From Moniliella sp. 'wahieum' (Eukaryota), in contig RSEE01000097.1 in assembly GCA_003971905.1 (NCBI GenBank), forward strand, positions 1 to 64,000: 64,000 nucleotides of DNA. Direction: 5' to 3'. Made by a program: the position numbers and the translations under genes. The notes below the pieces were generated by a model that did not search any database, was not told the origin of the DNA, and worked only from the letters and a program-made list of their open reading frames with translations. This document shows, one piece after another, positions 37,917-49,198 of this stretch (its first letter is position 1; the number at the start of each line of letters is the position of its first letter).

Positions 37917-39780
37917 TTACCCACTCGCTGATGCCTGCGCCTGGGCCAACTCCCGCGTATAACCCTTGGCCAGCGAACGCGCCTTCGTCGCATATGCCAC
38001 TGTGCCCATCTCGTCAAACGAGAGAGAACACGCGCAAACGCAAATAGTTCTTCCTCCCCGGCAAAGATGGGTTTCCCGGCGCCCGCCAGTGCATCACTCG
38101 ATAATCCCTGCCAGTGGGTCAGGACTGTAATTCATATTCTCCAGTGGGAAGAGGGGCAGCAGATGGAGAGAAATACGCACTTGGTCATGAAGCATACGTT
38201 GCACAGTGGGGTCGTACGAATCGTCCGCCTCACCCTGTTTGCTGGGATCAAGGAACAGGTGCAACACTGGTCCTTCAGTCAGCAGGATGAGCTGCGTGTG
38301 AGCCTCATAAATGGCATCGATGAAGGTGATAAAGCGACGGGCCACGTCGCGCTGGTCAATGCCCATTCGGGGCACCCCCTCAACGAAAACCACCTTGTAC
38401 GCCCGACAGACTGCAATGTAATCCGCCGCACTCGTCGGGCTACCACACAGACTCGTAAAGTCAAATTGGCCACTGTCGTGGAGTAATGAGGTCATCTGGA
38501 TCCGCTGGATCATGAGTAAGGGGAGAAGACTGGAGGAGTTGGTGGGTTTGATAGAGTAGGGTACGGTCAAGGTACGTCCCCACCTCGACTTGTTCCCCCT
38601 GCCGTTCGGCGGGGGGGCCGCCGGCCACGTTCATGTAGCGTTCCCAGAGTGAGTTGAACGACGCCGTGTCCTCGGGTTGGTGGGCGTCGAAGTAGACCCT
38701 CGTTTGAGCACGTTTGCGCCGACGGTAGTCAGTGCCAGAGTCGAGATCGACGACATCGAGTGTACGCTCCAACAGCTTGATGGCCGGAATGAAGGACTCG
38801 CGCTGGATTCCGTTGCGATAGAGCTCGGTTGGATGCCGGTTCGAAGTCAGTACAATCACTACCCCATACTCCACAATGAGCTTGGTAAGCAAGGTGCGGA
38901 GAATCATCGCATCTGCAATGTCAGTGACCTGGAACTCGTCAAAGCACAGTACCTCGGCCCTGTTTGCAATCTCCGGGCCACCAGGTCAGTTACATCTACT
39001 TGCAGATGAAGCTGTCCCTCTGAGCCAGCGGACACCTGTGCATCCCCAGCAGAGGCAGAAGACAGGTTGGACGCTTGGGCATTGGTCGCAGAGCCAAAGA
39101 GCTTCTTGTAGAAATGGGTGCGCTTGTGTACATCAATCATAAACTGGTGAAAGTGGATCCGCTCCTTGCGTTGCACGCGCGAAGGAGCGTGTCGTAAAAC
39201 AAGTCCATAAGCATACTCTTGCCGGTGCCCACGTCGCCGTAGAGATACATTCCACGTGGGGTGCCAGCGGGAGGCATGGCGGTCAGCTCCATAGGAGCAG
39301 CGGAAGAAGTGGAACGGGCACCAAAGCCCACTGCCGAGAAGAGTTTCCAAACAAGCCACCTGCGCTCGACCCCTTGGATCCATCCGACATAGGATGATCC
39401 TCAAGCCACTTCTTGGCTGCTTCGACCGTTGCGGGTGGGGCCTCAGGAGGGTTTTGCGCATGAGACGAGATCGCATCATTCAACGACTGGAATTTGGCCG
39501 CAATCTGCCGTTGAAAAGGATCGTCGGACAACGTGCCCTGCAGGACAAGTCGGTTGTAACGTGCAACGGGGCCTTGGGCTGTTCCCAGAAACAGACGCAG
39601 GGGACGCAGCTGTCGACGGGCCCTTGATGTCGACCGGCACGGCCTGGGCCGAGGAGCTGGCAGCAGGCTCCCACGCACTAGGCGTGGTGAGCATCCCCCT
39701 GGCCCCGGCCCAGAGGGGCGGCAGGCGTGCAGGCGCTGCAGTCTGGGCACCCGTGCTGGCACGCGCAGAGGCACACGCAT
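37917..39780 (-). CDS. AFG1: AFG1/LACE1-family mitochondrial ATPase
   Basis: [20 protein letters not shown] (Walker A), [81 protein letters not shown]. Confidence 0.95.
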
Positions 39781-40480
39781 GAGGGAAGAGGGAGGCGGTG
39801 GTGGAGAGGCGTGGAGAGCAGATGCGAAAGGCGATGGGATCGGTCTGTCTGCTGGTCTCTGCTATAGTAAGCCTAAGTTGAGCCAAGGCCTCCTAACCGG
39901 CTTTGTCCGACGCTCGCCAGCGGGCAGCCTGTGCTTTCAAAGTAGCTCACCTAGCACTAACAGCGGCCGCCCGGCGGGAACAAGTGGCTGGGTGGGAACA
40001 GCAGGAACACCTCCCACGGCGTCACTGTCCCGTCGGCGGGCGTTTCGGGGTTAGGCAAATGCATTTGAAATTTGATTGCCAAGCGCCCGTTCCTCTGTCC
40101 TGCGCGTCATCGATCATCACATCCACAAACTTCCACAGCCGCGGCGCTAAGCCCCAGCAAGGCCCAAGACCAGGCCCAGTAAGGGCACGGACTGAGCATC
40201 GGGCACGTCGAACACAAGCACGGTCAACGTCGTAGCCGACGGAGGGATGGTCTGGATGACCAAAGCTGGGACTCCCGACAGCTTGATGCGCTTGGATCGT
40301 CTTCACTTTTTACCCTCGTGCACCTGAACAATGCGGCAAAATTCTGCGCCCTTCAGATAAAGTCTAACCCCCACAACATCATTAGGATGGTTCCCTCATC
40401 ATCATCTCAACACCTCGGCCCTGAACTCAACTCAATGTAGCCGGCTGTGATGGTATCCACACAGTAGTCCTCTCACTGCA

Positions 40481-41015
40481 TCAAAGCTGCAGGTGCTTCT
40501 CGTAAAAGCGATCAGGATAGGGATCAGCGTTGAAACGAGGGATTTCGTGCCATCCGCCTAGGCGCTCATAGAATGCAATCGCCTCTGGCAGTGCCGTGTT
40601 GGTGTCCAATCGCAAGGTGGTAATACCAATCGCGCGAGCCTTGTCCTCAACCGCCTCCATCAATGCACGTCCCAATCCCAGCTTGCGCGCCGATGGTGAT
40701 ACCCACAGTCGCTTGACCTCCGCCACCGGTCCGCCCGAGCCTTTGAGCGCAACACAACCCAGTGGACCGGGTCCTGTGCCCGTCCAACGCGGATGGCTAG
40801 GCAACTCAATCTCCAGTGGGGAGCGCAAGGAAAAACGCACCCTTGGGTTCGACCAACGCCTCAACGTCGGGATCGGCACTGAGGTTCACATCAAATCCAC
40901 CCTGGTCTTGAAATCGGGCGTTTAACTCGCCATAGTACTGCTCCAGCGCCCAAATCGAGGAAGGATCGCGAGGGTGGAACGCCTCAAGAGTGAAAGGGCT
41001 GGGATTGTGCGCCAT
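40481..41015 (-). CDS. GNAT-family N-acetyltransferase, bacterial-like, no intron evident (one frameshift at ~40820)
   Basis: QYYGELNARF..GGFDVNLSADPD..PKGAF, LGCVALK, AEVKRLWVSPSARKLGLGRALM, LRLDTNTALPEAIAFYE, EIPRFNADPY..FYEKHL. Confidence 0.9.
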
Positions 41016-42070
41016 ACTCGTAAGGTGGTAAGAGCGGTTGAGCTGAACGATGAATCTGGCGGCGACGAGATCTGATGTTGACGCCGTTTTGAGGTGACCC
41101 TAAATAGTACGGGGGACGCTTAATTAGTAATTGATGTCTTCCATCCAGATGTCACACGTCCCAGGAGCAGCGATAAGATGCCCATCTCTCCAAGTGGTGT
41201 TGCTAGTGATGCCTTCTGTGGCCTTCTGAGGCCAGGCAAAGCCACTTTGGAAGCCTAATGAACTTGAAGCAGGACTATCTGATACACAGGATACGGGACG
41301 TACTCCAAGCTAGTTCGTCGTCAAAGGGGAGAAAGCTTGGAGGGATCGAGTCATATGCTGATTAGCGTGTTTGATCCAGAAGGTAATGGAAGAACGGTCT
41401 CCGCGCGCGTCACCCGTCAAGTATCATGCATGCATCGAGGCATCAGCTTCAAGCTTCAATAAAGTGATCCGTGGCTTCGAATTAAGTCCGCTTGGTTCGG
41501 TCGTATCAAGTATCCCAGCAGAAGAGTAGCAGAAAAGAGGAGCGCCATGGGTTACTGTTGCGAACGTCAGATAGGTGAACCCGGAAATCAAAGGCAATCG
41601 TTTCCCCTGTACCTGAAAAGGCCTTGCAGATGAGGTCTCCATCACGGAAAACTGCCGGGGGAGCAACAGTCCGGCGGCATCTCCCGATCTGATCGATCCT
41701 GTCAGACCTGGGGAACTATTGTCGTGGACTACCTTGCAAGATTCCACAGACGCTATATACCAGGATCATAGAAATCACAAGAGAATGAATGCGCAATGAC
41801 TTTTGGGCCAAGACCGCCACCAGGCGGTCTGTAGTATACAAGGTATGCAAGGGCAGCGCGCAGCAATGCCGAGGGAGTCAATCCACGCAGCAAAAATGGC
41901 CACAAAAGAGTTGGAATACCACAGGCGCGTAAGGGAAGCCAGCGCTTACGCTTGAACCTGGAAAAGAAAGGAATGTGATGGGAATCGGGTGACGATCAAG
42001 ATGTCGAAGGATCAAAAGACGACGAAGATGTCAAAGACGACGAAGATGAAGGTGAAGATGAAAAAGCCGC

Positions 42071-42556
42071 TTAGAAGAAGGACACGTGAACATCGGTCAA
42101 GAGTCCAACTTCAAGAAGGTCAAGGGTCTGGAACACGCCCTTGGTGGCATCCAAGTGGAGTGCATCGCACCCCTCACAGATGTCGCGAACCTGGGCGGGA
42201 ATCATTTTGCCGTTGAAGTGACTATTGAGGAAAGTTGAGTGGGTTAGTATGGAAATTTTGCACAAAGGGCGACGGAAAAAGAAGGAGGTGAAAACATACA
42301 GATGAACCCACTCGTTGCAGGAGAATGGAGAGTCGGCCGAGACGGCAACAGCGAGGTCCGAGTCGCTGGGGGCGGGGCCACCACAAGCAGGGGCAGCGAG
42401 AGACTCGCCAGCGTACCAGGTCAGGGAGCCGTTAGTGAAGATGTTCTTGATGCCCAAGTCGGGAAGAACGACGGCACTGCCCGCCTGGGGAATGGGGACA
42501 GCCGAAACAAGGGCGGCGGCAGCGGCCACAGTAGCAAGGACGGTAGAGAATTGCAT
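42071..42556 (-). CDS. Small secreted RlpA-like double-psi beta-barrel protein (expansin/loosenin-like)
   Basis: Signal peptide MQFSTVLATVAAAAALVSA; TWY..ACG, AVAVS, C..V, VRDICEGC..HLDATKGVF. 78-nt intron at 42299-42222 (GTATGT..CTAAC..TAG). Confidence 0.88.
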   Translation of the reverse strand: MQFSTVLATVAAAAALVSAVPIPQAGSAVVLPDLGIKNIFTNGSLTWYAGESLAAPACGGPAPSDSDLAVAVSADSPFSCNEWVHLYVFTSFFFRRPLCKISILTHSTFLNSHFNGKMIPAQVRDICEGCDALHLDATKGVFQTLDLLEVGLLTDVHVSFF

Positions 42557-44654
42557 GACAAAGGAGAGTAAAGAGTGACGAAGAGAGCGAAGGCCGTAAA
42601 GGAGAGTAAGGCGAAGAGAGCGGGTGAGGAAGAACGAAATGGACAGCGAGGCGGCCGAGGTTATATATACACTGGGTCCCAAATTGGGACTTTCCCAATG
42701 GAGAAGTTGCTCTTCTTTGGCATGTTGGAAAGAAAACCGGGGGGGACGCGTACTCACTATGCTGAGTCCCGTGTGCACACGATTATCATTCAACATTTTT
42801 TCGGGGGGTGAACTACCGGTGAATAGGCCGGAGGGAAAACACGCATCCCAAACCGTTCGTTCATCCTTCGCAGGGGGCACATCCATGGCGCCTGAGCGCC
42901 TGAGCGCGAGCGCGAGCGCTCAATTTCAACATTCACCGGTCACCGCTCAACGGTCAACGTACCGTCAACGGTCATCGGTCAGCAGTAAACGTTAAATTTT
43001 AAACCTGATCAACTCGATCAACACGTTCTACCGGCGCACACCGGCGCACAAAGTACAGTCTGAGTACTGACCAACTGACGTACTGATAGTTCAGGCGGTT
43101 ATAGTGAGTGGACGTGCAAACCGATATGCTATGGCGGTGTGGGCAGCGCTGAGTATGAATGTGTAGAGTACTCAGACTTTCGACCGTGCCTGCGGGCACG
43201 GTCGAAAAAAGTACTTCACAAAAAGTACACAGACTCAGTCCTCTCGAAACTACTCGAAACTCAGACTGAGTACTGAGTGCGCGTTGTGATTGTTGCTTTT
43301 GGGTTAGGGTTAAAGTCACCTCCGATAGCTGAGTACTAACTAAACTCGGCTGTGTACTGGAAGCTGGACTGAGTTATTACCGAGTGGGGGTGTTCGATAC
43401 AAAGTGGTGGTGATCCCCCTAAACTTGAACTGGATGATCTGATCGATCAGGTGGTCGGTCGATGGTTGATGCATGATGGCCATGCAAGCACCCCCGTTTG
43501 GCCTGGTCCGAGCTTCAAGACCACCACCAGGTACGCGCGCGAGCGGGGATAGAAGCTATATCGAAGATCATCGATCATGGATGCAACTCCCACAATATCA
43601 ACTAGTACAGGGTGATTGGGTGGCCAGTCGGCGGTCGGGTGCACCAGGCACCGGAGAGCACAGAGCAACTCTCCTCCCCAGCCGTGGTTGCCGATCTGGA
43701 GAAGATCGGCTCTGTGTTTGTAGGCCACATGTCGATCACGTTGATCACACTGCCAGCGCGCTGAGCGATATCGATGATCGGTGCAACTCGTGAAGCGGAC
43801 CGTGTGGGGAAGGAAGAAAAGAGGGGGACTCGGAAAGTGTGATCTCAGTGTGAGATCTGACATTCGGGAACTGAAATTCTGACAGACAAGTGACTATTGA
43901 CTATAGTGATGCTCCTGCGGCACAGGCGACGGCATGTTGAATTGCGATCGACTTTTGCCCCCCCCCGTTGCTGTGCACGGCAATAGCATGTGCATGATGT
44001 CCATCGTACGTTCATATATCATACGTTCATCAGTACTTCAGTTAGGTCTAAGACCCCTGGTTTGGACCATGCAACGCATATATCCTTCCAAGCCAAAGAA
44101 AGGTAGGCAATGGCGCTTCCCGAGCTTCCCGGCAACCCGGCTTGGTTCCTGGCCAGCGCGCCCAGCAGGAACAAGGATCAGATCATCGATCGATCATCGA
44201 ACATCGATTGCCATAGTTGTACTAGTTACGCGATGCTACCGCTCGCGTGACGCGTCGCACGTGATCGCCGTTTTCTCAAGCATATCGGCCGGTCGACCGA
44301 TTTGACCATGACCCGAATTCAGTGCACTCGGTACTTGTGTGGCAGTGGCAGGCGAGCAAGGCAGGGGAAGAGGTGGTGTGGATGCAAGGGGGGAAAGCAG
44401 CCGGAGGCGCAACAGGAAGGAGCGGAACAGAGGCGGAACGGGGCCGCCTCGCACAACTAGCCACTAGAGCACATCTTGGCTTGTACCCGTACCCAATGCA
44501 AGTTTGGTGCGTTGCGCGAGCCTGTGTAGGAGCCGATCCTCAAGCCCATGCCCTCCATCCCGGACATCCTATCAGGTGGAGATGTTGAGCTCAATAGCGT
44601 GTACGTGAAGACAGCAGGCCCTCCCATTTGCAGCTGGCCTTTCTCTGCAACATT

Positions 44655-44740
44655 GGGTACGTGGTGTAGTGGTATCATGCCTCTTTTGGGTTTCTTCTCA
44701 AATATAGAGGAGGTCCTCGGTTCTATCCCGGGCGTACCCC
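44655..44740 (+). tRNA. tRNA-Pro(UGG) with 14-nt intron
   Basis: Acceptor stem GGGTACG/CGTACCC; A box TGGTGTAGTGG; anticodon stem CCTCT/AGAGG with TT-TGG-G then the intron; T arm CTCGG-TTCTATC-CCGGG; T7 terminator follows. Confidence 0.9.
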
Positions 44741-45364
44741 ATTTTTTTCGAAGTTTTGCCCTCTTGGCTAGTCCATAACATGGGCTCAATACGTGAGTAG
44801 CAGACAGTTCCACAGTTACTATGGACGGGGCTGGGTCCAGCGAATCGCCCTCTTTCCGATCCCCCATTTGAGGCACTGTCAGTAAAACTTGATATGAAGG
44901 GAAAATAAGCACAGATGGATTGGATATGTCTTTGGCGGAATGGAGGTATGTGTACCTGGGAAGAGCAAGGCTGTGAGATCTGAGAGATGAACACATGATC
45001 TCTCAACTGATATGAATCAGGCCATAACTAATCAAAGGCCTAGTATGCGACAGGCCAAGCTCCCCCTAACACATGGCGTGAAGCGTCCGACGGGCACTCT
45101 CGCTTATGTTGCCCGTCCGGTTCTAGGTTTATAATGCATCTGGTATTCGGGATGACAAACTCTCTGTCTTATGACCACACGAAGGGTCAATGTGGGTGCT
45201 TCGCATTGTCTAAGCGAACCAAATGGAGCGGATGGTCAGGGGGTTAGTCATGATGCTCCCAAGTAATCAAGCGTTGTTGAGAAAACACAAAGGGTTTTCT
45301 TACGGTTGAAGAAGTATGAGGAAGGAAGAAAACGTACGTACCGGAAGAAGAGACTCATCGACAG

Positions 45365-46061
45365 TGTCACGGGACCACGATTAAGTCGCGCCACCTCCAC
45401 TTCCTCATCGTCGCTCCCGCCTCTCGGCTTCTCTTTCTATCACTACTCAGGTTCTCTATCTGTCGCTCTTGTGACTCGAATTCTCGGCCTATCTGCAAAC
45501 TCATAACAAATTGTCTCTTCTCCGCTCGCGCTAGGCCAAAATCCAAACACTACACATAGTTTCGACTCGCTCGCTCTCGACTCGTCTCTCACGGCGTGCC
45601 TGCCGCGCTTGGTCCACTTCTTCTTCCCTTAACTTGTTCCCCCTTTTGCTGTACACCAGTTGGTCTTCCGTTTGTTTCCCTTCTCTTCTATAAAACCTGT
45701 CTGTTCTTAGATCCAATTGTGATGGCCTAAGCCGCCCACCATTCTGACTCTGTCTTCTCTTTCCCCTTCATCCTTCTTCTAGGCAAACTCCACTCTAGAA
45801 GAACCACCTTTCCCATCAGCTTGCTTGCCCTCCCTCGCCCATCGGGATTCCCCGCTTTCTCGTCTGGCCTCTCACGTGCAACCTCCTCACGGACGCTGCC
45901 TGGCTCTTCCCGCCGAACAGTAAAGCCGACTCGCAACCCTCCTACGTTCAAGCCAGCAGTGTTTCTTGGACTTTGGATCTGAAACGCGTTCGGTCCTTCG
46001 TGAGTCTTGTCCCTGATGGACAGGGAAGGTCTCCGCCTGGGAAACCAGTAACCCCGTCACA
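45365..46061 (+). mobile_element. Solo LTR (697 bp) with 5-bp TSD
   Basis: Ends TGTCACGGG..CCCGTCACA form an imperfect inverted repeat; GACAG at 45360-45364 and 46062-46066; central TATAAAA; related copy at 25337-25941. Confidence 0.88.
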
Positions 46062-46677
46062 GACAGTACTGCTAATATCCCCCCACTCGTGCTCGACCCT
46101 ACCTCTCGCCACGGAATATCGGGCACATCAATTCGTATTATGGAGAAGGGATGCTTGATGCATAGCAAGTTAAATCTTGGGGAAGGAGGGTGTGTGAGAT
46201 GGTGCTGTGACGCGATAGGGAATGCGTAAAAAGGGCAACTTAAGGACTTTTACACTATGCCATGCATAGTTGCCTCTGAATCATTGATTCTCATGGAACA
46301 AAGTGCGTGGGGTCGAAACCGTAACTCGGGGGTCATATACAAGGACCCCGGGGGTCAGCCACATTTGGCCTGATGGCTGGGAAGAAATTAAGGAAATCTG
46401 AGAAGGGAGAGAAACATTTGGAGCTCCTAGGCGGCCACAGACGAGAAGGACCGAAATGGGGCCTGCTGCCCTCAAAAAACACGAGTCATTCCATGCCAGC
46501 GCTAAGATGCAATGACTTTCTCAAAGGAGCAAACAAAAGGTGGAAGAACTGATATGAACGTTGGACGCATTGAAGGGACACCACGGTGCAACACAATATG
46601 GCATCAAAGAGAATCCATAAGGCCCTCAATTACTTTCTTTTCAGAGAGATATAGTAAACTCCGGCAATCGAGCACTT

Positions 46678-46765
46678 GGGTACGTGGTGTAGTGGTATCA
46701 TGCTCTTTTGGGTTGAAGAATTCCAAGTATAGAGGAGGTCCTCGGTTCAATCCCGGGCGTACCCC
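46678..46765 (+). tRNA. tRNA-Pro(UGG) with 17-nt intron
   Basis: Exons nearly identical to 44655-44740; B box GGTTCAATCC; one C missing from the 5' anticodon stem; T5 run downstream. Confidence 0.88.
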
Positions 46766-47952
46766 GTCGCTTTTTGCTAGTCTTTCTGTGCCTCTTTTTT
46801 GGTTTCTCATTATAGCTGGTGCTGAGCGTGGGGTGGGAGAAAGTGAGAGAGCTCATCTGTGAGTACAATAGTTTCATGCAACAAAATGCTTTAAAGGTAC
46901 GTGGGGCGGTTGCCATACTGCTGTTCCTGCATCAGATGGATGCCGCCAGCGCGGTGTCGTTTACGTGTAAACGTGTGTATTTGTCCCCTTGTATCAGATC
47001 TCAGATATCAGGGTGAGCCGGTGAGGATACTTTTGTTTCGTGATCATCACGCGGCTTAACGCATAAATTCAATCAAAGCTTCAATCCAACAGAAGGAATA
47101 GGGTTCCTTGTGGCGTATGAATTCAGAAGGTAAACTGGTCGGCTACTATATAATCATGATGACCAGGAAGCTCGCCACCTTCATCTCCATTTCTCATATC
47201 CTTCGGTTCATCACAGGACTGTGTACAAAAGAAAGAGTCGGAATACAAGACACATATAGAGACATCCGGTGTACCCTCTTCCTATTCCTGGGTGAGGGTA
47301 GAAAAGCCCTCGGATATTAGCTGAAAGTGAGATGCCTTCACTCGCAGCATTATCAAACGAGAGAATCAAGAAACGTATTCCCGATACATTTTTAAACGAA
47401 TATAGCAACACAGCACACTTTTGTGCATCAAGAAGGCGAGCAGTAAAAAGAGAAAGTACACCAAAAAAACCCAGAAAAACGAATGGTAGGTCCCAGAGCA
47501 AAGAGCACAAAAGCCACGCACAATGGAATCCGGACAGCCAGCGTCCAACGGGCACAGAGTAACAGCATGAGAAGAGAGAAAGAAGACGAGTATGACAGAA
47601 GCAAAAAAGAGGGTATAGCAATCATCAAGAGAGTGCGTCCACGCAGGAGAGTAGTGGGATGACGCTGGGAAAAAATGTACCTAACCTAACAACTTGTGGC
47701 CGTGGGGAGGGTACTCGACAGACGAAGACGAAGGTAATTCGGTCCTAGCATGTAGGGAAGTACCATCCAAAGAATCTTTCTTCTCCTCCTCCCTGCTTGG
47801 TTAGGGAGATTGTGGACAAGCTCTCGACGATCGTGGGCCGGTAGGTAGAAAACGCAGCGTTAGGGAAGACGTCGGTGTGTTGCTGCACCACACTTCGGAT
47901 CGCAATCCCATCTTTTCGGCGAGGCTCTGTCGGGTCGGAAGATTCGAAAGGT

Positions 47953-49198
47953 TCAGAAAGTCATCCAGTTGCGTCGGGCAATCATGCGCTCAATCCAGCT
48001 TACACGCTTGAGCGAGACGACCGTCTGATCCGACTCTGTATCAGTACATCTCCCTCTTTCTTTGTCAGGAACAGGTAAGGGTAAGACGTACCTTGGGAAC
48101 GATGGTGCTACACAGCGCGTGGAAGGGCAGAATCCATGCCATCTTGATTTGATTAGGAGTGGCCGGGGTAAAGAACAAAGCAAATGGCAAACACGATTCC
48201 TAGCCCCTCTAGTGCCCATGCGAGCAGCAAATACCGAGCGCCGTCTGCAATGAACGGCCGCGACGGCCGAGGATCCGGTCAAGTTGGACTTGTCTACACC
48301 CACCACACACCAGGAGGTATAGCGGACCAAAGAGCCGAGAGCATTGAGGATGGAGGAGCGCTGATTCGTGGTGATCGGGTGAGAGACGAATGTGGTTTGG
48401 ATCACGAATAATGCGCTGAGGTACATTGTCGTGTCCGTGACAAACGTGATGGCGTAAAAGCAAGTAGGCAAGAACCGTTTAGAGGTGGGGGGGCTGCAGA
48501 GGATCCCATTCTAACCCAAAGGGCACAACGTTGGGTTCACTGCCCAACAGTTCTGTTAGGAAATCGTGTCTGGGAGGGGCAGGAAATGGGGGGGAGGGGG
48601 ACAGAGAACATACTTGAAAGAGTGGTGTCAAAGGCAAAGTAAGCCAAATAACTCCAATAGCTGTATTGCAGACCCACAAGAAGAGCCAGAGGATGCGGTG
48701 GTGAGGGAAGATCGGGTGATGGCCATGGAGCGAACGTCAAGAGCATTTGACACAAATGGTAAGAAGGCCACATGAACAAGTCGCCCTGTAGGGCAGAGGC
48801 ACACGAATGGGCATGCGCCAATAGTTGATCAGCGCTCCAAAATAAGGTGGGACAAGGAGGCGGCAAAACAAGTGGAATAATGATGGCGTGAGGCATCCGG
48901 TTACCGCCTTGTTCGGGTGCATCCGAAGTGCTGTCGACGTCGAGGATGCGACCAACCGGGCAAAAAGACGAACTTGATATCAGATGGAAGAGAGGTGATC
49001 CAGTCAAAGCCGATGGCAACGATGTGACGAGGTTGAGCCACCAAGCAATCGAAGCTTCATAGCTGCCCTGCTCCATCTCGGCAAATAATGGCCTCAGTTC
49101 GGGGGGAAGACCAGCCCACTTTCCCTGCCCAGGATGGATGGCCAAGCAGGATTGGAAAGGATGGCCTGCTCGAGAGCACTGGCATCGCTAGCGCTCAT
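47953..49198 (-). CDS. Hypothetical protein (frameshifted, probable intron near 48612)
   Basis: Chain of same-strand ORFs starting MSASDASALEQAILSNP; GTATGT donor near 48612. No recognised domain. Confidence 0.35.

Noticed and set aside
43301..43312. Interstitial telomere (GGGTTA)2
   Set aside because: Only two units; compatible with chance.
25337..46061. One 20-kb LTR element bounded by the two related LTRs
   Set aside because: Each LTR has its own flanking duplication, and the interval holds ordinary host genes.
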